NCBI GenBank assembly: GCA_965204745.1
Contig: OZ242010.1
Span: forward strand, 4,800,001 to 4,864,000
Length of the DNA stretch: 64,000 nt
From: Candidatus Latescibacterota bacterium
GTDB taxonomy: Bacteria; Latescibacterota; UBA2968
Direction: 5' to 3'
Shown: one piece after another, positions 38,645 through 46,670 of the stretch
How positions within the stretch are numbered: the first letter of the stretch is position 1
How the letters are laid out: every line of letters begins with the position of its first letter
Position numbers and translations under genes: made by a program
The notes under the pieces: model-generated
The model's input: only the letters and a program-made list of their open reading frames with translations
Told to the model about the DNA's origin: nothing
The model's database searches: none

Positions 38645-39472
38645 ATGATTGACGCGCATTTGCATTTGACGCACAGCACTAGGTCGGTCGCAGAGACCAT
38701 CGCGCACATCGAGACTATCGGCGCGGAAAAAGCCGTGATCTTGCCGATTGAAGATGGCGATGGCGAATTTGAGTGGATGACCGAAGATGTGGTCGCGGCA
38801 TACGCGCAATATCCCCATCGCATCATCCCGTTTTGCCATGTGGATGTGACGCGCGAAGATGCGGTGGTCGAACTCGAAAAACGCGCCGCAAGTGGGGTTT
38901 TTAAGGGGTATGGGGAACAGAAACAACATGTGCGCTTGGACGATCCGCGCCTGGCGCGGGTCTTGGCGGTTTGCGATGAATTGCACTGGCCGGTGACGTG
39001 GCATTTTCAAGAAGGCGAGAATGGGTACAACGGGGGGATCGAACACCTCGAAGTGTTGCTGAAAAAATTTCCCAATATCCGATTTATCGGCCATGCCCAA
39101 TCGTGGTGGGCGAATATCAGCGCGGACGTGCCCGCCCCCGAAGAAACCCTGTACCCGACAGGCCCGGTAAAACCCGGCGGCTTAATTGACCGGCTGTTGG
39201 CCGATTACGACAACGTATTCGCGGATTTGTCCGCCGGCTCGGGTTTGGGCGGCCTAACGCGAGACGAGGAGTTCTCCGCGGGATTTTTGGCGCGCCACAG
39301 CCAGAAGTTGATGTTCGCCACGGATTGTCTCTGCCGCGATGGCAAAGGCGCGGGCACGAGCCAAGGCGCGTGTTTCGCCCAACTGAGCCTGCCATTTCTC
39401 CAGCGAGTCGTCCCTCCCGCCGCATTGGAGGACATCTTGCACAATAATGCGGTGAGGATTTTGAAGTTGTGA
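38645..39472 (+). CDS. Amidohydrolase family protein
   Basis: IDAHLH, GE.K, FIGHA, DLSAGSG and FATD. Confidence 0.85.
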   Translation: MIDAHLHLTHSTRSVAETIAHIETIGAEKAVILPIEDGDGEFEWMTEDVVAAYAQYPHRIIPFCHVDVTREDAVVELEKRAASGVFKGYGEQKQHVRLDDPRLARVLAVCDELHWPVTWHFQEGENGYNGGIEHLEVLLKKFPNIRFIGHAQSWWANISADVPAPEETLYPTGPVKPGGLIDRLLADYDNVFADLSAGSGLGGLTRDEEFSAGFLARHSQKLMFATDCLCRDGKGAGTSQGACFAQLSLPFLQRVVPPAALEDILHNNAVRILKL

Positions 39473-39629
39473 GACGAGCGGTTACTGTCCACGAAGGAAC
39501 ACGAAGAAAGGCGAGAGGTCAAATCTCTCGCCTTTTACTTTTTTTGTAATCTTGCATTTTCGGCCGGACAAAAAATAAAATCACTGGCCTCCGGCGTTGG
39601 CAACGCCTGTGCTTGCGCGTGCGCCAAAG

Positions 39630-39750
39630 TGACGAATGGCGGTAGGGCGGAAGCGGGGACTGACAACTGCCAACTTGGGCGGTGGCGGGGTTGCCTCACC
39701 TCTCTCGTCTTACGTCTCACCGAAGGGGGATTGGGCGGGGCGGACTAACC
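39630..39750. repeat. Mosaic intergenic repeat
   Basis: Shares a 40-nt block with 1716-1755 and blocks with 36902-37027. Confidence 0.8.
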
Positions 39751-39754
39751 GCGT

Positions 39755-40834
39755 TCACCCATAGTTGTTTTTCACTTCTACCCGCTGTCCCGTGGCGTTT
39801 GACCGATAGGCGGCCTCGGTGATCTTGGCGACTTTTAAGGCGTCTTCTCCAGAGGCCGGCGGCGTGCCGTTGTCCAGTACGGACTGAATAAAATCATCCA
39901 AAAAGGCGACGCCATACGCGCCGCCGTACGCATCGACTTGTGGGAGCGCGTAATCAAAGGTTCGCCGAGACGCCGTGTGCCAGCCTTGGGCAACGCTTTC
40001 GAGATGCACTTCTGAAGGCCCGCCCGAGGGCGTCCAAAACACGCGCCCCAGGTCGCCGCGAAACCCCATATACGTATCGTAGCTCGGCCCCATATAGCCC
40101 GCGCCGCTGATCGCGAGGTGATAGCCAGCTTGCAGGCTACCCAGCGCGCCATTGGAAAACCGAAAGGACGCGGAAACCACGTCTTCCACGTCGATAGCCT
40201 CGCCGCTGAGCGTATCGACTATCGCGGAAACAGCCACGATATCCGCGTCCATCACATAACACAGCAGATCGATGTGGTGACACCCCAGCCACGACAAAAT
40301 GCCACCCCCGGAAATCGACCTGTCAAACAACCAGTGTTGGGGATCGCGGAATTTCACCTGCGACGTGACCATCCGCGATTCACAGGCCATGACCCGACCG
40401 ATAGCCCCGCCTTGGATGAGCCTTCGCGCTTCTCGCGCGGCCGGGTGATAGCGATTTTGATACATCACGCCCAGTTGCACGCCCGCTTTTGCCGCGCCCG
40501 CCACGACTCGAGACACCGCCGCAACCGACGCGCCGATAGGCTTTTCGCTGACGACGTGAATCCCGCGCTCGAACAAGCGCAGGCACAGGTCTGGATTGTG
40601 ATCATTGCGGACGCAGGCCACGCCAAACAACATGGGTTCCGCGTCCAAAAGCGCGTCGAGATCGGAATACGCGCCCGCGACTTTGTCCGTGGCAACAAAC
40701 CCATTCACAGCCGCGGGATTCGCATCGTACAAGACGATCTCCGCCACCTTTGAAGACGCCACGAGCGTTTTGAAATGGGCTTCGGAATGGGGATGCGTGA
40801 GCCCAAAAAGACCTGCGCGAATCAGTTGCATCAC
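39755..40834 (-). CDS. Gfo/Idh/MocA oxidoreductase
   Basis: SEKP, GGGILSWLGCHHID and VED. Confidence 0.88.
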   Translation of the reverse strand: MMQLIRAGLFGLTHPHSEAHFKTLVASSKVAEIVLYDANPAAVNGFVATDKVAGAYSDLDALLDAEPMLFGVACVRNDHNPDLCLRLFERGIHVVSEKPIGASVAAVSRVVAGAAKAGVQLGVMYQNRYHPAAREARRLIQGGAIGRVMACESRMVTSQVKFRDPQHWLFDRSISGGGILSWLGCHHIDLLCYVMDADIVAVSAIVDTLSGEAIDVEDVVSASFRFSNGALGSLQAGYHLAISGAGYMGPSYDTYMGFRGDLGRVFWTPSGGPSEVHLESVAQGWHTASRRTFDYALPQVDAYGGAYGVAFLDDFIQSVLDNGTPPASGEDALKVAKITEAAYRSNATGQRVEVKNNYG

Positions 40835-40853
40835 ATGCTCCTCGCATTAAAAA

Positions 40854-42416
40854 CTACTCGCCATAAGCGTTGGCGAAAATCAGGAAATCGCCAAATCCAA
40901 TTGTGCCATCCCTGTCGAGATCGTACCGCACATCGTATCTCTCGTCGCCTCGACTCAGGCCGTACTGTTGCACAAACAGCAAAAAGTCGGCAAAATCAAC
41001 CAGATCATCGCCGCTAAAGTCGGCCCTTGCCGACAAAAATTCAAGGGCGGCGTTGATCAATGGGTCCTCGTCTGTGGCCCCCCTGGGAAACGCAACGTGG
41101 ATATCAGGGGATAGGCCCTTTCCCTCAAAGGGATCGCCATCAGGCGTCAATGCCACCCAAGAGGGCAGAAACACAGTCACGCCATTCGACAAGGACACGG
41201 GTTGCGGATTCCCCGAACTGCCGTAGGACTGCTCGCCCATCAACGCACATTGTGGCACCTGCTTCATCATCAGCAAAAACGCCTCGCAACTGCTCATGTT
41301 GGCCGGCCCCATCAAAACGGCCACCCTGCCTCGAAAACCGGGCGCGGATGGAGTCGGTCTCAGGGTTCGCGTTATGGTTTCGGAAAAACCGGAAGCCCGA
41401 GACGCATTTCGGAAGCGATGCTGTGCATACGCCACAGGGTGATCGACAAATCGACCGGCGATCTCCGCGGCCAACCGCTCGTTTCCCCCGCTGTTGAATC
41501 GAACATCCAAAATCAAGGTGTCATCGGGTGCGAGTCCGTCAATCCATGCCCCGGCAACCGCGATATCGTCGGCCCGCTCTCCTCGCCAAGTGTCGATCTT
41601 CAGGTACGCCGGCCCATCCGGAAATCGCCCGGTCGCCACCACGTCATTGACGGATCGAAACCCGGGGACATGTCTTTTGATGAGATCGAGCTCCGCATTG
41701 GGGCGGACATTTCGCCGAAAGCTGGGCAAAAATTCATCCCCCACCTTGAGGAAAATGTGAATATCGCGGGCGACCTCCAAAAGTTGTCCGACAAGGATGG
41801 CAAACTCACCGGGGGTTTTCGCATCGATCAACCGCGACTCGAACTCGGCAAATCTGGCGTCCCAATCGATGTCCCGCAAATCCCGATGGGAATACCGATC
41901 TTCCACTGCGGCCTTCAACTGCATAACCGAGTTGCGATTGACGTCTCGTCCCAAACTCCCGGTCCCGGCCGATGGCGCGGTGCGAAAGGAAATGGGATAC
42001 GGGATCGCGGGAAGTCCATTGATCCCTTGAAAATTTTGATGCCGATCCGAGTTGATGCTCAACCAATACATGCGATCCGGTTCGAGTCTTATCGGGAGAA
42101 CGACGGTCGTGTTGGATGTCCAATAAGGCTGGCCGGCAGGTTCAGGGGATATGGGGCCACTCGGCACAAACGAGAAACCACGCCCCATTGGCTGGTCAAA
42201 GACGACGCGCAATTCATTGGTCGCGGGATCCACCGCTGTCGCGCCGTTCTCGGGGAAGGTCTGCACCACGCGAGGCCGCTCTTGAGCACCTGCGGGTACG
42301 CACATGACAAACAGCCAAAACCACAGCAGGATTGGGCGCGTCACTGCGTTGCGCTTCACAACTCCATCACCTAATGCGCGGTGCAAACGCCTAGTCGAAA
42401 TAGAGCGTTCTGGCAT
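40854..42416 (-). CDS. Secreted S41 peptidase with N-terminal Ig-like domain and C-terminal dockerin-like/EF-hand domain
   Basis: LILDVRFNSGG, SSCEAF, GEQSYGSSG, EGKGLSPD; C-terminal DFSGDDLVDFADF...DLDRDGTIGFGDF. Alternative GTG start at 42359. Confidence 0.85.
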   Translation of the reverse strand: MPERSISTRRLHRALGDGVVKRNAVTRPILLWFWLFVMCVPAGAQERPRVVQTFPENGATAVDPATNELRVVFDQPMGRGFSFVPSGPISPEPAGQPYWTSNTTVVLPIRLEPDRMYWLSINSDRHQNFQGINGLPAIPYPISFRTAPSAGTGSLGRDVNRNSVMQLKAAVEDRYSHRDLRDIDWDARFAEFESRLIDAKTPGEFAILVGQLLEVARDIHIFLKVGDEFLPSFRRNVRPNAELDLIKRHVPGFRSVNDVVATGRFPDGPAYLKIDTWRGERADDIAVAGAWIDGLAPDDTLILDVRFNSGGNERLAAEIAGRFVDHPVAYAQHRFRNASRASGFSETITRTLRPTPSAPGFRGRVAVLMGPANMSSCEAFLLMMKQVPQCALMGEQSYGSSGNPQPVSLSNGVTVFLPSWVALTPDGDPFEGKGLSPDIHVAFPRGATDEDPLINAALEFLSARADFSGDDLVDFADFLLFVQQYGLSRGDERYDVRYDLDRDGTIGFGDFLIFANAYGE

Positions 42417-42465
42417 TTTGCTATCTCCTCAGTAACCGCCGCGACGCAATACCCTCTCGCGTCAT

Positions 42466-43386
42466 TCATCGGGAACTCGCGTCACGGCCCGTATTCAACA
42501 AACGCTGAAATGCCTCTGGATCGTTCACCTGCACTGCCGAACGATGCAACTGCTTGAGTCGTTGCAAATCGTCAATGGCCCGAATGCGACCGGCGAACTG
42601 ACCCGCAATGCCCGGATCAAAGCGAATCTCCAGCACATCGAGGATGTCTTCAACAGCGCGTTCTCGGCCCCCTTCTTCTCTGCCCTGCTCGATGCCCTGC
42701 TCAACGCCCAGTTCCTTGAGGTATTGGGCAAACGATGATTCACGCATAATCGCGTCCATAAGACCCTCCTGAGAAAGAATTCGCTTGATGGTGGCCTGTT
42801 CATAAGCCAGCCCACTCAAGACCGCCAAACTGCCCAAAAAGTCAAAGTCGCCCGCCCGATCTAACGCCTTGGTCCTGCGAATGCACTGACGCAACCAGGC
42901 TTCGGAACCCATCCCCGAAGGACGCTTCATCAACGGCGCGTAAGGAAGCAAGCCCGGCTGACCGCCTTCAAGAATACCACGCCCCTCAATTTCACTCAAC
43001 CGAATCACCTTGTAGCGCACCAGCACTGGGTAATCGGGATGCTCCTGGAGGTAAATCCCCTCATCGCGTCGCCCTGCATCGGGTTGCAAGTAGATCACAT
43101 GGGGAAAGACCGGCAGGCCATAGTATTCAATGAGCCGGATGGTGTAACTGGCCATGCGGATCGGGATATCCTTGCTGTCCGTGGTCTGAAATTCCGTATG
43201 CACCAAGGCCTCCTCGCCACCAATCCGCACGAGAATCAGGCTATCGGTTAGTCGCGTTTCAACCTTGGGGAGTTCGGTTTCGATGATTGCGCGAAATTCG
43301 ACATCCTCTCGTTCCAGTGCGAGACAGACGAAGTCGATGGGGTAAGCCGCAACCAAATGTTTGGCAATCGTATCGTATTTTCCCAT
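42466..43386 (-). CDS. Rpn-like PD-(D/E)XK nuclease / putative transposase
   Basis: YD..AK.L, D......HTEFQ, RMASY and EQGIEQGREEG repeats. Confidence 0.75.
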   Translation of the reverse strand: MGKYDTIAKHLVAAYPIDFVCLALEREDVEFRAIIETELPKVETRLTDSLILVRIGGEEALVHTEFQTTDSKDIPIRMASYTIRLIEYYGLPVFPHVIYLQPDAGRRDEGIYLQEHPDYPVLVRYKVIRLSEIEGRGILEGGQPGLLPYAPLMKRPSGMGSEAWLRQCIRRTKALDRAGDFDFLGSLAVLSGLAYEQATIKRILSQEGLMDAIMRESSFAQYLKELGVEQGIEQGREEGGRERAVEDILDVLEIRFDPGIAGQFAGRIRAIDDLQRLKQLHRSAVQVNDPEAFQRLLNTGRDASSR

Positions 43387-43423
43387 GTGGATACCTCGTT
43401 TGGGCACGCGAATCATAGCGTGC

Positions 43424-43621
43424 CTATTGGCTGTTGATCATACGCAACGCAACCGTGATGATCGTCCCGAAAATGACGAGAAATCCCGCAATGATCACGG
43501 CGAACAACTTATCGAGCCGTGCGTTCAAATTATCTATCCGCCCGTTCAAATCGCGGTTCTGTGCGTAGAGATCGCGAAAACCCTCCCGGATTGTCGCCTC
43601 TTGGCTGTGGTCATCAATCAC
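43424..43621 (-). CDS. Small coiled-coil protein with C-terminal TM
   Basis: LNGRIDNLNARLDKL followed by a hydrophobic helix; overlaps the ltaE stop. Confidence 0.6.
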   Translation of the reverse strand: MIDDHSQEATIREGFRDLYAQNRDLNGRIDNLNARLDKLFAVIIAGFLVIFGTIITVALRMINSQ

Positions 43622-44675
43622 TTGTCTTTTGCACCTTCTCCGCCAACCGGCAAATCGCTTGGGTGGCTTCGTCGATATCGGCGGTGGAGATGTCGATGTG
43701 TGGAATCAGTCTCACGAGCGTGGGGCCAATGACGCTGACGCGCACGCCGGATTCGGCGAGCAACCGGTCGCCAAATTCCCGTGCGGAAATGCCCAATTCG
43801 GCGATGTCGAAACGCACCATATTCGTTTCTACGCTTTCGACATCAAGGCCAATGCCGGGCGCGTTGGCGATCCCTTCTGCCAAGCGTTTTGCGTGGGCGT
43901 GGTCTTCTGCCAGGCGTTCCACATGGTTTTCGAGCGCGTAAATCCCCGCAGCGGCGATGATGCCGGCCTGTCGCATCGCGCCCCCAACGCGCTGTTTCCA
44001 CTGCCAAGCCTCAAAAATAAAATCCGCAGAACCGGCCAGCACGGCCCCCACGGGCGCGCCCAGGCCCTTGCTCAAATCGATCCACAGCGTATCGAAAGAC
44101 GCGGCATAGACTTTGGGCGAGATGCCCGTTGCAACGCTCGCATTCAAAAGCCGGGCGCCATCCATGTGCGTCAGCGCGCCGTTTTTGTGTGCCGTATCGC
44201 ACACCGCACGGATTTGTTCGAGCGGCCATATCCGCCCCCCGGGCATATTGGTGGTCTGCTCCACGCAAACGAGGCGAAAAGGCGGCCTGTACCGCGTGGC
44301 GGGCAGCATCACCTCGGCCATCTGTTCGGCGGTGAACATGCCACGCGGCCCGTCGATGGGATACAGGGTCGCACGCGCGAGCACGGCTGCGCCTCCGGCC
44401 TCTGAAATGAGCGGATGCGCGGTGCGATCCAGCAAAATGAGATCTCCAGCGCGGCAGTGAACCGCATAAGAAATCTGATTGCACATCGTCCCGGACGGCA
44501 AAAAAAGAGCCGCCTCTTTGCCCAGCATGTCGGCGACCATTTCTTGCAGCGCGTTCACAGAAGGGTCTTCGCCCTTTTGCTCATCGCCGACTTCTGCCCC
44601 ACACATAAACGCACGCATCGCCTCTGTGGGTTGCGTTGCGGTATCGCTGTACAGGTCAATTTTAATATCGGTCAT
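43614..44675 (-). CDS. ltaE: Low-specificity L-threonine aldolase
   Basis: DLYSDT, EDPSV, PSGTM.N, HMDGAR, LSKGLGAPVG and GGAMRQAG. Confidence 0.92.
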   Translation of the reverse strand: MTDIKIDLYSDTATQPTEAMRAFMCGAEVGDEQKGEDPSVNALQEMVADMLGKEAALFLPSGTMCNQISYAVHCRAGDLILLDRTAHPLISEAGGAAVLARATLYPIDGPRGMFTAEQMAEVMLPATRYRPPFRLVCVEQTTNMPGGRIWPLEQIRAVCDTAHKNGALTHMDGARLLNASVATGISPKVYAASFDTLWIDLSKGLGAPVGAVLAGSADFIFEAWQWKQRVGGAMRQAGIIAAAGIYALENHVERLAEDHAHAKRLAEGIANAPGIGLDVESVETNMVRFDIAELGISAREFGDRLLAESGVRVSVIGPTLVRLIPHIDISTADIDEATQAICRLAEKVQKTSD

Positions 44676-45634
44676 TATCTCCCACCTTCGGGACCGGATT
44701 TGAAGAGATTCAAAAACCGGTCTTCGTAAAATGAATAGAGATCCCACCGGTCCAGCTCCGCCTTGAGTTCATTGGCTTTTTGGTGAAACTGATCCGTTTG
44801 GGTCACTTCGAGAAACAGCTTTTCAATGCGTTCCATCACGGACTGCGGCACTTTGTCGTCTTCGACTCTGCGGCCCGGAAAATCGCCCTCTGGCCCCTCG
44901 GCCATGTGGGAAAACGTCTTTTGGATCTGCATCTCGATATCTTCCATCGTGCCTTCCATTTTCTCGGTCGCGTCGTCGATCTCCGCCATGTCCACGTCGA
45001 AATTCAACAGGTGCCCCAGCGTGAGCACGATCTCCCGCGACGCCTTGGGATTTGGAATGGGCGCGGCGTATTGCGGCATCGTGCCCAAAAAACAGGCCGC
45101 GTTGAGATCGCGCTGTCGGGCAAAGCCGAGCACCAAGCCGTTGAGACCCGAAACCATCCCCTCTTGCAAAATCTCCACGCCTTGCGACGCGAGCGCGTCC
45201 CGAAACTTCGCGTTGTTGGCGACCCCGAGCACCTGTGCCTCTTCTTTGTGGCTGGCCTGCGTGAGATAGGCCGCGCCCGTAAAGACCGCGTCAATGCCCA
45301 AGCGTTGGCCCACATCCAAAATGCGTTCCATTAACTCATCGCCGGGCGCGCCGCCGATTTGCGCCTCGCTTTGAAAGATGATCAAATCGTGTTTTTCCAC
45401 CGCGTAAAAAACATGGGCGGGCGGATCGGGAAATGCCGCGAGCCCATTTTCCACAATCATCGCTTCGGGCGCGAAGTGCGATTGCATGTCTATCTCTGCA
45501 AACGCGACCGCGGGGAGTTGGCGCCGAATATAGTCAACCGCGCCGATGCCCACGCTGCCCATGCCGGGCCACCCGGCAATCAGCACGGATGCCCGAAATG
45601 ACCGGGGCAATTCTTCCAAGATGTTGAGTTTCAT
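44675..45634 (-). CDS. PAC2 (proteasome assembly chaperone) family protein
   Basis: IAGWPGMGSVG, SGLNGLVLG and PNPKAS. Confidence 0.8.
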   Translation of the reverse strand: MKLNILEELPRSFRASVLIAGWPGMGSVGIGAVDYIRRQLPAVAFAEIDMQSHFAPEAMIVENGLAAFPDPPAHVFYAVEKHDLIIFQSEAQIGGAPGDELMERILDVGQRLGIDAVFTGAAYLTQASHKEEAQVLGVANNAKFRDALASQGVEILQEGMVSGLNGLVLGFARQRDLNAACFLGTMPQYAAPIPNPKASREIVLTLGHLLNFDVDMAEIDDATEKMEGTMEDIEMQIQKTFSHMAEGPEGDFPGRRVEDDKVPQSVMERIEKLFLEVTQTDQFHQKANELKAELDRWDLYSFYEDRFLNLFKSGPEGGR

Positions 45635-45702
45635 GTTGGCCTCCAAAAGACGGATTCAAAAAACGATCAGCACTGCCATCGACCGGACCGAACACAGACT
45701 GC

Positions 45703-46227
45703 TCATCGCGCGAAAAAGGTGATAATGTGACCGAGAACGCCGAGCGTGTTCATGACGATCAAGGTCCAGATAAGACCATTCATCTGCACCGTGCGGTTGG
45801 CCTCTTGCTCGACGCGATTGGCCTGACGATTGGCTTCTTGTTGCCGCTGATCAAAAACCAAACGGGCCATGTATTCGAGCACCTTGTCGATCTTGTCGTT
45901 GACTTTGTCGATCTTGGCTTCGACCCGGTCAATCCGAGCTTCGACCTTGTCGATTCTGCCTTCGACCCTATCGATTCTACCGTTCACCTTGTCGATCTCA
46001 TTTTTCATTTTGACTTCCACCTTGTCGATCTCATTTTCGATCTTGGTGGTCAGCAGCTTGTAATTCTCGTCGACCGCGTCGCGTACACCATCAACTTTAT
46101 TTCGCAATTCTCGGTGTTCTTGGCGGTTGGTTTCCTCAAAGGTAGCCTGTCGTTCTCGCATGTCATGCAGGGTTTTGTCGATGGTGCTGATCGCCGCGTC
46201 GTATGCTTCGTGGGTGTGATCGGCCAT
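45703..46227 (-). CDS. Heptad-repeat coiled-coil protein with C-terminal TM (DUF1640/CCDC90/Bdr-like architecture)
   Basis: Repeated ID[KR]VE.[RK] heptads, terminal hydrophobic helix, AAGGA SD. Confidence 0.7.
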   Translation of the reverse strand: MADHTHEAYDAAISTIDKTLHDMRERQATFEETNRQEHRELRNKVDGVRDAVDENYKLLTTKIENEIDKVEVKMKNEIDKVNGRIDRVEGRIDKVEARIDRVEAKIDKVNDKIDKVLEYMARLVFDQRQQEANRQANRVEQEANRTVQMNGLIWTLIVMNTLGVLGHIITFFAR

Positions 46228-46459
46228 TGTTTTTCCTTTCGTTTGACGGTTGTTTTTGAAAACGCGGAATGTCAATACAAATAATAGGCAATTACGACCT
46301 AAAACACAACCACCAGATCGATATTTTTTTCCCATTCTGAGCGGAATTGAAGAATCTGGTTTGTGGGTGACAGAGGCTTCGTCAGTCTATTGGGTGTTGG
46401 GCGCAGAAGATTCGTTGCGCCCGCCTCAGCGGATTTTGGGGCCAAAGCGCAAACAGAAT

Positions 46460-46560
46460 CGAGTGAAGGTCAGCGCGGTCGTGTCGCTATCGGCGTCCAA
46501 TGCTGTCAAAGTGTAGGTCGCCTCGGCTATCGCTTTGAGCGGTCGGCAAAACAAATCGCG
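46460..46560 (-). pseudogene. Degenerate fragment of an He_PIG Ig repeat
   Basis: PLKAIAEATYTLTALDADSDTTALTFT resembles PLEEMAKTTYTLSALDVDGDLDSLTFT of the adjacent giant gene. Confidence 0.65.
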
Positions 46561-46603
46561 TTCAGGAGTGCGGGGGTGTATGCCGATGGCTGTAGCACTT
46601 ACA

Positions 46604-46637
46604 GAAAAGCCCGGAATCATTGCGACCCCGGGCTTTT
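46604..46637 (-). terminator. Bidirectional-type intrinsic terminator after the giant gene
   Basis: AAAAGCCCGG...CCGGGCTTTT. Confidence 0.7.
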
Positions 46638-46670
46638 GCTTTGTGCGCCGTGAACGTGTCTGGACGTCGT

